Of a stretch of 64,000 nucleotides of DNA, positions 17,414-25,836 are shown one piece after another. How positions within the stretch are numbered: the first letter of the stretch is position 1; the number at the start of each line of letters is the position of its first letter. The notes under the pieces were generated by a model, which searched no databases, was not told the DNA's origin, and worked only from the letters and a program-made list of their open reading frames with translations. Source of the stretch: Candidatus Eiseniibacteriota bacterium (GTDB taxonomy: Bacteria > Eisenbacteria > RBG-16-71-46 > DASYSL01); NCBI GenBank assembly GCA_031413115.1, contig JANOEH010000179.1, positions 1,163 to 65,162 of the forward strand, given 5' to 3'. A program made the position numbers and the translations under genes.

Positions 17414-17707
17414 GGGGTGCCTCCTGGTGAGAGAGTCGATGGCCGGGCGGAGTGATCGCTCTCGACCGGACACCACGGACTAGAGCAGAGGTTGTGCCAT
17501 GCGCTGAATTATCGCCTAACACACATGATTACAAATGGTTATAGATGTCCGACGGAAGCCGCGGGGCAGGCCAGGAGGGGAGAAGCGAGGGTCGCATTCT
17601 ACAAAGTTCCACCAGGCAATACGCCGGTGTCCGCCCGGCGGCACCGCCCGGCACCGCCCGGCGGTCGACTTGCACCGGGACCCCCGGCGGACGTAGGCTG
17701 CGGATTC
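17414..17707. promoter_or_regulatory. Divergent intergenic region with a local AT-rich segment (17490-17550) and a 10-bp exact tandem repeat (GCACCGCCCG x2 at 17641-17660); likely promoter/regulatory region.
   Basis: This is the lowest-GC stretch in the window (ctgaattatcgcctaacacacatgattacaaatggttatagatg). It lies between divergently transcribed small stress-type genes. Confidence 0.35.
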
Positions 17708-17917
17708 ATGAACGGAGGTGCCGACATCTGGACCCGCTGCAACATCTGCAAGAAGCCGATCGCTTTCGGTGCGCTGTGGTACCGCTGTTCCGTGTCGACC
17801 TGCAACAAGAAGCGGCTGGCCCTGCATTTCTGTTCCCCGGACTGCTGGGACGCGCACGTTCCCGATGCGAACCACAAGAACCCGCTGTGCATCGAGGAGC
17901 AGGCCCCGGCCCGCTGA
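17708..17917 (+). CDS. Small cysteine-rich zinc-ribbon-like protein; hypothetical.
   Basis: A 69-aa protein with CNICKK...CSVSTCNKK...CSPDCWDAH. ATG with GGAGG-like upstream sequence. The upstream part of the 141-aa ORF is shadow. Confidence 0.45.
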   Translation: MNGGADIWTRCNICKKPIAFGALWYRCSVSTCNKKRLALHFCSPDCWDAHVPDANHKNPLCIEEQAPAR

Positions 17918-18072
17918 TCACCCCGATTTCAAGTCGGTGTCAAGAGCCCCGTCGTCCGCATGCCGGGCGGCGGGGTCTGCATCCCAAGAGGGGTCCGTTT
18001 CGCAGTACGCTGGTGTTCGACACCCGCCGGACGTTCGAGACTCCGATCCCCCAGCCCGTGGAGGAAGCACCC

Positions 18073-18747
18073 GTGAAGTCGTCCCTCTCGTCGTACTTCG
18101 CCGTCACCGCCCTCTCGTTGTTCGTGGCCTCGACGCCGGCCTTCGCGGCCGTCGAAATGCTGGACATCGATCGTGGACACACCAACGTCGGGTTCAGCGT
18201 CCGCCACTTCTTCACGCCGGTGAAGGGAGAATTCAAGGACGTGCAGGGATCGATTGCGTTCGACAAGGAAAACCCGAGCGCCTCGAAGGTCGCGGTCACG
18301 ATCCAGGCGGCCAGCATCAACACGAATCACGAGCAGCGCGACGGCCATCTCAAAGCCGAGGACTTCTTCTGGGCGGAGAAGTTTCCGGAGGTCAAGTTCG
18401 TCTCGAAGTCGATCACCGTCGGCAAGGACAACAAGGGCACGATGACAGGCGACCTGACGATGCGTGGCGTGACCAAGCCGATCACGCTCGACGTCGAGAT
18501 CCTCGGGATCATGGCCGGCAAGTCGGGATCCGTGGCTGGATTCAGCGCCCGCGGCAAGGTGAACCGCAAGGACTACGGCATCATCTGGAACAAGACGCTC
18601 GACAACGGCTCGGTCATGCTGGCCGATGACGTGGAGCTCGCCATCGATGTCGAGGCGAAGACGCCGCGGCAGTCGGGTCCGCCGCCCGCAGCCCCGGCTG
18701 CGGCCACGCCGGCCACGCCGGCGGCGCCGTCCGGAGACAAGAAATAA
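18073..18747 (+). CDS. YceI-family periplasmic protein.
   Basis: GTG start after a GGAGGA RBS and signal peptide. Conserved YceI blocks (HTNVGFSVRHFFTPVKGEF...VTKPITLD...GKVNRKDYGI). Confidence 0.85.
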   Translation: MKSSLSSYFAVTALSLFVASTPAFAAVEMLDIDRGHTNVGFSVRHFFTPVKGEFKDVQGSIAFDKENPSASKVAVTIQAASINTNHEQRDGHLKAEDFFWAEKFPEVKFVSKSITVGKDNKGTMTGDLTMRGVTKPITLDVEILGIMAGKSGSVAGFSARGKVNRKDYGIIWNKTLDNGSVMLADDVELAIDVEAKTPRQSGPPPAAPAAATPATPAAPSGDKK

Positions 18748-18785
18748 CGCCGCCGCAACGACCATCGCGGCTGGACCGCACGTCG

Positions 18786-18825
18786 GGCCCGGGACGAAGC
18801 CTCGTCCCGGGCCTCTGCGTTGCGG
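18786..18825 (+). terminator. Putative intrinsic terminator downstream of the YceI gene.
   Basis: 12-bp perfect stem GGCCCGGGACGA / TCGTCCCGGGCC with a 4-nt loop, followed by TCTGCGTTGCGG. It lies 40 nt after the TAA stop. Confidence 0.5.
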
Positions 18826-18877
18826 TGCTAGAATCACGGTCCAGGCGCGCAGGGCGCCGGCTCAATCTGGAGCGTTT

Positions 18878-19828
18878 GTGATCCCTGGTCTGCATCATCC
18901 GCCGCACGCACGGCTCGCGCTCTTGGCCCTGGGCATCCTCGGCGGCGCCCTGGCGCCCTCCGGCCCCGCCAGCGCGTTCAGCTGGGGCAATGTCGTCCTC
19001 ACCAGCGGCGCGGAGATCCGCGAGTTTCGCACCGACGGGATGCCGGTGGCGTCGATTGCCGTGCCCTATCCGCCGGGCGCGCGCGGTGGCACGAACCCGT
19101 TGCTCGGCCTGGCGTTCGATGCCGACGCGCGGCTTGGCGTCTTCAACGGTGCGACGGCGCCGTACCTCAGCGTGTACGACGCCGGCGTGGCGGGGTGGAC
19201 GCACGCCACGCTGCCGGGCTGGTCGACATTGGAACTCGGCGGTTTCGGTGGGCTCGCCGCGTTCGGGCACGACTTCGTCGCCGGCGACATGGCGACGCCG
19301 AGCGGCGCCGCGAACGGTTTGATCTCGTTCGACGGGGATGCCGCCTACCTGGCGCAGCGAAACATCGCGGGCTTCGACTTCAGCGACCTCGCCGCCGGAC
19401 CGGACGGGCGCCTGCATGCGCTGGTCGCCACCACCAACGTCGTCTTCATCTTCGATCCGGTCACGATGGCGAGCACCGGTTCGGTGCAGCTCGACGGCTC
19501 CTTGCAGTCGATCGCGCTCGCGCCCGACGGCACGTACTACGGCGCCTCGGGCGATGGGTACGTCCGGCGCTTCACGGCGCAGGGCGCCTCGTTCGACACG
19601 CTGGATACGGCCATCCCGGGATTGATCGACATCGCTGTCTCGGCGAACGGCGAGGTGGCGATGAGCACCGCGCTCGGCGAGGTCGTGCTGTGCGACGCGG
19701 CGCTCTCGGCGGCCAAGACGTTCCTGGTGGGGGGCGGGCCCGCCTACATCACGTGGGTGCCGTTCCATCCCTCGACGCCGACGCTCCGTCGATCGTGGGG
19801 CCGGCTCAAGGACACCTACCGCCGCTGA
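18878..19828 (+). CDS. Secreted hypothetical protein, possibly a beta-propeller-like fold.
   Basis: GTG start with signal peptide HARLALLALGILGGALAPSGPASA. Repeated Gly/Asp-rich beta-type segments. No catalytic motif recognised. Confidence 0.5.
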   Translation: MIPGLHHPPHARLALLALGILGGALAPSGPASAFSWGNVVLTSGAEIREFRTDGMPVASIAVPYPPGARGGTNPLLGLAFDADARLGVFNGATAPYLSVYDAGVAGWTHATLPGWSTLELGGFGGLAAFGHDFVAGDMATPSGAANGLISFDGDAAYLAQRNIAGFDFSDLAAGPDGRLHALVATTNVVFIFDPVTMASTGSVQLDGSLQSIALAPDGTYYGASGDGYVRRFTAQGASFDTLDTAIPGLIDIAVSANGEVAMSTALGEVVLCDAALSAAKTFLVGGGPAYITWVPFHPSTPTLRRSWGRLKDTYRR

Positions 19829-19853
19829 GCGGAAACGCCTGGGGCAGCTTGCT

Positions 19854-20144
19854 TCACTCGTCGAGCGGCTCCAGCTCGACCGTCACCGCGCCCTCCGCGT
19901 CGACCGTCACCCGCACCTGCCACGGTCGGCAGCACACCGCGCAATCCTCGACGTAGCTCTGGTCCGAGCCGCCACCCAGGTCGACGAACAACTCGTTCTC
20001 CTCGAAGCAGTACGGGCAGGTCGCCGCGTGGGTGTCGTCGACGCGCGAGTGCGCGCCGTGGTCGAGGGCGTCGTCGTTGTCATCCGAGCCGGTGGGCGCG
20101 TCGTCGGGCGCGTCCTCGTCCCCCTCGTCGCGGAAGCGGATCAT
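19854..20144 (-). CDS. CPXCG-motif cysteine-rich protein (Cys_rich_CPXG-like).
   Basis: TCPYCFEENELFVDLGGGSDQSYVEDCAVCCRPWQVRVTVDAEG matches the CPxCG...CxxCC pattern. The ATG overlaps the stop of the upstream transporter gene (ATGA). Confidence 0.65.
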   Translation of the reverse strand: MIRFRDEGDEDAPDDAPTGSDDNDDALDHGAHSRVDDTHAATCPYCFEENELFVDLGGGSDQSYVEDCAVCCRPWQVRVTVDAEGAVTVELEPLDE

Positions 20145-21460
20145 CGCAGGAACAGCGCCGCGGTTCCGATCAGCAGCCCGATGCCGAGCAGGTCGAGGGT
20201 GAGGCCGTAGCGGATCATCACGCCCAGCGGGATGCGCCCCGAGCCGAAGACGATCGCGTTCGGCGCGGTCGAGACCGGCAGCATGAAGCCGAGGCTCGAC
20301 GCCGCCGTCGCGGCCAGCGCGGGCACCAGCGGATCGGCGCCCACGCTGCGCGACAGCGCAATCGTGATTGGCACGATGAGCGTTGCCGAAGCGGTGTTCG
20401 AGCTCGTCTCGGAGAGGAAGACGGCGAGCACCACCGACAGCGCCGTCACCCCGAGAGCGTCGTGAAGGCCCGCGGCGCTGCGCAACGCCTCGGCGATCGC
20501 CCCGCCGAGCCCGGTCGAGAGCAGCAGCCCGCCCAGGCACACGCCGCCGCCGAACAGGAGGATCGTTCCCCAGTCGATGTCCCGGGCCTCCTCCCACGTC
20601 AGCGTCGGGCGCCCGGCCGCGGGCACGATGAACAGGAACACCGCGCCCAGCAGGGCCGTCGCGGTCTCGGGCAGGATCTTCGACAGGCGCCCCGCCAGCG
20701 GATCGCTCGCCCCGAGGGCGAGCTCCCACAGGCCCGGCAGGAGCCAGAGCACGATCGTCCCGCCGAAGACTCCGGCCACCGCGCGCTCCCGCGCCGTCCA
20801 GGGACCGAGGCGCTCGCGCTCGGCGATCAGCCCGGGCGTGGGCCGCGGCGCCGCGGCCGGGTCACGGCGCGCCGAGAGGACGAAGATCGCGGTCATCACC
20901 AGGTGCAGGACGAGCGAGAGCGGGACGAACACGGTCATCCATTCGAGAAAGCTCGGTCGCGTCCCGAGCTCGCGCTCGATGAGGCCGAGTCCGATCAGGT
21001 TGGGTGGCGTTCCGACGGGCGTGGCCAAACCGCCGATCGAGGCGCCAAAGGTGCAGATCAGCAGCAGCGCGGTCGCGTAGCGCTCGCGCCCGCCCGCCGC
21101 CTCGCCGTGCCCAAGCATGGTCAGCACGGAGAGCGCGATCGGGAACATGAGCGCCGCCGTGGCCGTGTTGCTGGTCCACATCGAGATCGCGAAGCAGAGC
21201 AGACCATAGAGCGGCAGGATGCGCAGCGGCCGCCCGGCGACGAACGGCAGCGTCAGCAGCACGAGCGCGATCCGCCGACCGAGTCCCGAGGACTCGAACG
21301 CGCGGGCGAGCAGGAACGAGCCGATGAGCAGGAACAGCACCGGGTCGCCGAACGCCGCGAACGCCTCCCGCGGCGTCGCCACGCCGGCCATGATGACGAG
21401 CGTCGGCGCGAGCAGCCCGCTGACGGCGAACGGCAGCGCCTCGGTCATCCACAGGATCAC
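20141..21460 (-). CDS. DASS/SLC13-family anion:sodium symporter.
   Basis: A 439-aa multi-TM protein with duplicated hairpin motifs (GTPPNLIG...STAPNAIVFG) typical of the divalent anion:Na+ symporter family. GTG start; the N-terminus may be slightly longer. Confidence 0.8.
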   Translation of the reverse strand: MILWMTEALPFAVSGLLAPTLVIMAGVATPREAFAAFGDPVLFLLIGSFLLARAFESSGLGRRIALVLLTLPFVAGRPLRILPLYGLLCFAISMWTSNTATAALMFPIALSVLTMLGHGEAAGGRERYATALLLICTFGASIGGLATPVGTPPNLIGLGLIERELGTRPSFLEWMTVFVPLSLVLHLVMTAIFVLSARRDPAAAPRPTPGLIAERERLGPWTARERAVAGVFGGTIVLWLLPGLWELALGASDPLAGRLSKILPETATALLGAVFLFIVPAAGRPTLTWEEARDIDWGTILLFGGGVCLGGLLLSTGLGGAIAEALRSAAGLHDALGVTALSVVLAVFLSETSSNTASATLIVPITIALSRSVGADPLVPALAATAASSLGFMLPVSTAPNAIVFGSGRIPLGVMIRYGLTLDLLGIGLLIGTAALFLR

Positions 21461-21579
21461 GATCGCGATCCAGATCGCGCCCAGACGATGCGCCTGCGGC
21501 GTGATCGAGGGCGCGGGGATGGCGAGAACGATTGCCGCGGCGACGAGCGCGAGAGCGAGGCCGATGGCCGTGCGACGGC

Positions 21580-23046
21580 TCAGAGCGTGCTCGCCGACTC
21601 GGCGCGGCGACGAACCGCGTCGATCAGTCCGTCGAACACGACCTTGTGGAGGGGGTAGAGCGCGTACCAGTAGACGAGACCGAACAGGCCGCGTGGCTCG
21701 AAGACCGCGGTCTGGCGCAGCTGCGTGCGCGTCGCGTCCCCCGGAGCGGGCTCACACTCGAAGACCAGCCAGGCGCGGCCGGGGATCTTCATCTCGGCGC
21801 GCAGGCGGAGCGCGCGCCCGGAGTCGACCGATTCGACGCGCCAGAAATCGAGCGCGTCGCCGGGGCGGAGTTCATCGGGGTGGCGGCGCCCGCGGCGCAT
21901 GCCCACGCCGCCGACCAGTCGATCGAGCAGCCCGCGCAGCCGCCACAGGGCGGTTCCAAAGTACCAGCCGCGACGGCCGCCGATGCCGGCAAACGTCCGG
22001 TAAACGCGCTCCGCCGGCGCCTGCACCACGCGCGTCCGTCGTTCGAAGATGCGCCCCTCGCGTTCCTCGAGCGACACCGTGCCCTCGAGGGTGCCACCCG
22101 GGAACGCTCCGGCCCAGTCCGTCTCGACGTCGCCACGATCCGCCTGCTCGAGCGCGCGCTGGACGGCGGTCGCATAGGGTGTCGGAGGGACGCCAAACAG
22201 GCGGCGCGCGTCGTCGTCGTGCACGATGACCTCGTTGCGCATGCCCTCGACGAGGGTGCGGGCGATCGCTTTCGGAATGGGCGTGACGAGGTCGACCCAG
22301 TACGACGACAGCCGCGGCGTGAGCACCGGGACCGGCACGAGCAGCCGCTTGAGCCCGCGCAGGCGGGCGTAGGTCTGCATCATGTCGCCGTAGGTGAGCA
22401 CGTCGGGTCCGCCGATCTCGAATACGCGGCCGATCGCCTCGGTGCTGCCACGCGCGGCGACGAGGTAGTCGAGCACGTCGCGGATCGCGATCGGCTGGCA
22501 GCGCGTGGACACCCAGCGCGGACAGATCATCACCGGCACGCGCTCGGTCAGGTAGCGGATCATCTCGAAGGAGAGGCTGCCCGAGCCCACGATGACGGCG
22601 GCGCGGAACTCGGTGACCGGGGCGCCGGTCGCGCGCAGCGCCTCGCCCGTCTCGTGCCGGCTGCGCAAGTGGGGCGACAGGTCGGCGCGTGCCTCGCCGA
22701 GCCCGCCCAGGTAGATCACCTGCCGCACGCCGGCGCGCAGTGCCGCTTCGCCGAACAGGTGCGCCGCATCGCGATCGCGGGCGGCAAAGCCCTCGCCGCC
22801 GGCGAGCGCATGGATGAGGTAGTACGCCGTGTCGCAGCCCGCGAGCGCACGGTCGAGCGCGCCCGGATCGAGCGCGTCGCCCGGCACGATGGTGACCGCC
22901 GGATCGGCGCTCCAGGCTCGGCCCGCAAGCCGCTCGGGTGTGCGCGCGAGGCAGCGCACGTCGACTCCGCTCGCCAGCAGGCGGGGGACGAGTCGACCCC
23001 CGATGTAGCCGGAGGCGCCGGTAACGAGGACGGTGGGTCGGGTCAC
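21580..23046 (-). CDS. NAD(P)-binding atypical SDR/NmrA-like domain fused to a C-terminal domain of unknown function (DUF2867-like).
   Basis: GTG start directly at the Rossmann motif VLVTGASGYIGGRLV. The upstream 70 aa of the listed ORF are shadow. Confidence 0.75.
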   Translation of the reverse strand: MTRPTVLVTGASGYIGGRLVPRLLASGVDVRCLARTPERLAGRAWSADPAVTIVPGDALDPGALDRALAGCDTAYYLIHALAGGEGFAARDRDAAHLFGEAALRAGVRQVIYLGGLGEARADLSPHLRSRHETGEALRATGAPVTEFRAAVIVGSGSLSFEMIRYLTERVPVMICPRWVSTRCQPIAIRDVLDYLVAARGSTEAIGRVFEIGGPDVLTYGDMMQTYARLRGLKRLLVPVPVLTPRLSSYWVDLVTPIPKAIARTLVEGMRNEVIVHDDDARRLFGVPPTPYATAVQRALEQADRGDVETDWAGAFPGGTLEGTVSLEEREGRIFERRTRVVQAPAERVYRTFAGIGGRRGWYFGTALWRLRGLLDRLVGGVGMRRGRRHPDELRPGDALDFWRVESVDSGRALRLRAEMKIPGRAWLVFECEPAPGDATRTQLRQTAVFEPRGLFGLVYWYALYPLHKVVFDGLIDAVRRRAESASTL

Positions 23047-23107
23047 AGTTCGGCAGTCTCGCACGGACGCGGTTGCCTCACCAGCTTCCGTGTGCGTAAA
23101 TCCGGGC

Positions 23108-24121
23108 ATGATCGAATTCGAAAAGACCCCCCCCGAGGTCAAGGAGATGCTGGGCAAGCGCATCTCGCAACTCGGGCTCAAGGTCGAAGGCTCACCGGTC
23201 GAGCGTTCGGTCGAGAAGCTGCGCAAGGAACTCCTGCAGAAGGGCCTCGAGCGCTTCAAGGCCGTGGTCTACCTGACCGACGAGTGGGGCTGCCCCTCGG
23301 GGGAGCCCGTGATCGGCATTCCGTTCTACCTCGCCGACCCCAAGCTCGCCCGCCTCGAGGGGCACGTCAACGACCTCGAGAGTCAGCGCGAGATCCTCAT
23401 GTACCTGCGCCACGAGGCCGGCCACGCGTTCAACTACGCCTATCGCCTGTACGCCACGCCCGAGTGGCGCGAGCTGTTCGGGCCGTTCAACCGCCGCTAT
23501 CGCGACGACTACCGGCCCGTGCCATTCTCGCGCAAGTACGTGCGCCACCTCGCGGGTTGGTACGCGCAGAAGCATCCCGACGAGGACTTCGCCGAGACGT
23601 TCGCCGTGTGGCTCACGCCGCGCTCCGCGTGGCGCGAGCGCTACAAGGGCTGGCCGGCGATCCAGAAGTTGCGTTACATGGAGCGGATGGCGAAGCGCTT
23701 CGGCGCTGTCGACCCGATCGTCGGTCACGGTGACACGGACATCACCGTGGAGGAGATGGAGCTTACCGTCGAGGAGTTCTATCGCCAGGTGCTCGAGCAG
23801 AACAAGGCCGCGGTGGACATGGCCATGGACGGGGACCTGCGCGACATGTTCGTGCGCCGGAACCCCCGGCGCAAGAACGTGCGGCCGGCGACGGAGTTCC
23901 TGCTCGAGCATCGGGTCGCGCTGACGGACAAGATCACGTACTGGACTGGTGTCAAACGACCGGTCGTGCGCGGCCTGGTGGAAGCCATGGCGCGGCACAC
24001 GAAGGATCTCGACCTGTGGATCGAGCGGGCGCAGGAACCACTGGCGCTGATCGAACTCACCGCCTACGGGACCACGCTCGCCATGAACTACCTGGCGCGC
24101 GGAAAGTTCATCCACGTCTGA
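23108..24121 (+). CDS. Putative zinc metallopeptidase with an HEXXH motif, resembling the zinc-binding peptidase family that accompanies ATP-grasp ligases.
   Basis: ATG at 23108. LMYLRHEAGHAFNYAYRLY carries an HEXXH motif. Non-shadow amino-acid composition (K/E/Y-rich). Immediately upstream of an ATP-grasp gene on the same strand. Confidence 0.65.
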   Translation: MIEFEKTPPEVKEMLGKRISQLGLKVEGSPVERSVEKLRKELLQKGLERFKAVVYLTDEWGCPSGEPVIGIPFYLADPKLARLEGHVNDLESQREILMYLRHEAGHAFNYAYRLYATPEWRELFGPFNRRYRDDYRPVPFSRKYVRHLAGWYAQKHPDEDFAETFAVWLTPRSAWRERYKGWPAIQKLRYMERMAKRFGAVDPIVGHGDTDITVEEMELTVEEFYRQVLEQNKAAVDMAMDGDLRDMFVRRNPRRKNVRPATEFLLEHRVALTDKITYWTGVKRPVVRGLVEAMARHTKDLDLWIERAQEPLALIELTAYGTTLAMNYLARGKFIHV

Positions 24122-24147
24122 GGGGCGCCACCGGCCCCGAGGTGACC

Positions 24148-25164
24148 ATGGCCCGACTGCGGATCGCGGTGCTCTACGACGTGTGGGACGACGGCAGCGA
24201 AGAGGTCGTCGAGGAGGCGCCGCACGCGCGGAAGAAGAAGCCAGAGAAGGAGGACCGCCAGCAGATCCACGAGGCCCTGAAGACGCTGGGCCACGCGCCG
24301 ATCTATCTCGAGCTCGACGGCACGACCGAGGCGCTGAGACGCCTGGCGGCGGCTGAGTGCGACCTGGTGTTCAACCTCACCGAGTCGTGGGCCGGCGACG
24401 ATACGAAGGACATCCACCTCGCCGCGTACCTCGAGCTCCTGGGGAAGAAGTTCACCGGCTCGGGCCCCGGCGGGATGCACCTGGCGCAGAACAAGTCGCT
24501 GGCCAAGAAGCTCTTCGCCTTCCACGGCATCCGCACGCCGTACTTCGCCAGCGTCCACCGCGGGCGCCTCGACTGGTCGCACGACCTGCAGTTCCCCGTG
24601 ATCGTCAAGCCCGCGCGCGAGGACGGCTCGATCGGCATCGCCTTCAATGCGCTGTGCGAGTCGATCAAGGACCTGATGGAGCGCATCCACGACCTGCACG
24701 CGCAGTTCGACTCGCCGGTCCTGATCGAGGAGTACATCGAGGGGCGCGAGATGTACGTCGCCGTGCTGGGCAATGGCGAGCCCCAGGCGTTGCCGGTCGT
24801 AGAACTCGACCTGTCGAAGCTGCCCGAGGGCACGCCGCGCATCGCCGGCAGCGAAGTGAAGTGGGAGACGGGGACGCTCGCCTACAAGGTGACCAAGAGC
24901 GTGATCCCGTCGGACCTCGACGAGAAGGTCACGGCCGACCTCCAGCAGACCGCGCTGCAGGCGTACCGCGCGCTCGAGCTGCGTGACTACGGGCGCATCG
25001 ACATGCGCCTGGCGGCGGACGGGCGTGTCTACGTGCTCGAGGTCAATCCGAACCCGTGGCTGGCGGCGTCGGCGGAGTTCGCGATGGCGGCGAAGAAATC
25101 GGGACGCGACTATCCCACGCTGATCGGCGAGATCGTGGACCTGGCGCTGGCGCGGTACCGCTAG
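24148..25164 (+). CDS. ATP-grasp ligase (D-Ala-D-Ala ligase-like fold) of unknown substrate.
   Basis: Ddl-like N-domain (RIAVLYDVWDD...DLVFNLTESWAGDD...ELLGKKFTGSG) and ATP-grasp core (FPVIVKPAREDGSIGI...LIEEYIEGREMYVAVLGNGE...RIDMRLAADGRVYVLEVNPNP). Confidence 0.8.
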   Translation: MARLRIAVLYDVWDDGSEEVVEEAPHARKKKPEKEDRQQIHEALKTLGHAPIYLELDGTTEALRRLAAAECDLVFNLTESWAGDDTKDIHLAAYLELLGKKFTGSGPGGMHLAQNKSLAKKLFAFHGIRTPYFASVHRGRLDWSHDLQFPVIVKPAREDGSIGIAFNALCESIKDLMERIHDLHAQFDSPVLIEEYIEGREMYVAVLGNGEPQALPVVELDLSKLPEGTPRIAGSEVKWETGTLAYKVTKSVIPSDLDEKVTADLQQTALQAYRALELRDYGRIDMRLAADGRVYVLEVNPNPWLAASAEFAMAAKKSGRDYPTLIGEIVDLALARYR

Positions 25165-25168
25165 CGAA

Positions 25169-25696
25169 CTAGCGATCGCCCAGGATGCGGCGGCGTCGTG
25201 CCTCGTCGCCGTGCGTTACCGGCGGCGTCGTGCGCGCGAGTTCCTCGGCGCCCAGCCCGAGCCGCACCTCCTTCGTCGCGGCGCGAAGCACGTAGACACG
25301 CGAGTTGTTCCCGTCCGGATCCAGAGGACGGACGAAGAACCCCGGCTGGTCGCCCGCGTAGGCCTGCGCGTGACCGATGAGGAGTTCGCCGTCCTCGAAG
25401 ACCACGGCGATGCGGCGGCCGACCTCCGGTGCGGGATCGAACTTCGGGAACTCCCGGCTCTTGTGCCGCAGCTTGCTGCCGATCAGGTCGCGCACGAAGA
25501 ACACGGCCTTCAACTCCGCCATCTCGATCGTCACAACCTGGTCACCGCCGCGGGGCAGCACATGGAAGCGCGGGTTCTCGGGAAGAAAATCGCGGGTGTG
25601 TCCCTTGACCACGTTGCCATTGCGAGTGCGCGCGACGACGAGGTTGCTCCGGCCGCCGGCCGCCGTGGGGCCGCTCCCCGAGGGATGGGGATTCAT
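25169..25696 (-). CDS. Hypothetical protein, tandem paralog A, with an internal two-fold repeat.
   Basis: The 175-aa ORF is about two-thirds identical to the product of 25837..26352. Each protein has two similar half-domains ending in an ...F.V.P motif. Confidence 0.6.
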   Translation of the reverse strand: MNPHPSGSGPTAAGGRSNLVVARTRNGNVVKGHTRDFLPENPRFHVLPRGGDQVVTIEMAELKAVFFVRDLIGSKLRHKSREFPKFDPAPEVGRRIAVVFEDGELLIGHAQAYAGDQPGFFVRPLDPDGNNSRVYVLRAATKEVRLGLGAEELARTTPPVTHGDEARRRRILGDR

Positions 25697-25836
25697 GGCG
25701 TGCTGCCTCCTGCGGGGCGACCTCCGTTGCGCGCCCCGTTTCTTCCGAATCCGGTGGAACGTCAGGCCGGATTGCCGAAGGGATGCGACCTGGTTGACCG
25801 CGCCGTCGTGGGGCGGTGGGGCGGGGCAATCTGAAT

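Noticed and set aside
17631-17664. Short direct repeats that might suggest a CRISPR array
   Set aside because: Only two 10-bp units without spacers. No other repeat arrays of CRISPR-like periodicity were seen in the window, and no cas genes.
21532-23733. 733-aa plus-strand ORF overlapping the SDR-fusion gene and the peptidase gene region
   Set aside because: It is the frame-shifted or antisense shadow of the NAD(P)-binding gene (minus strand), it reads through two real genes, and its product is low-complexity.
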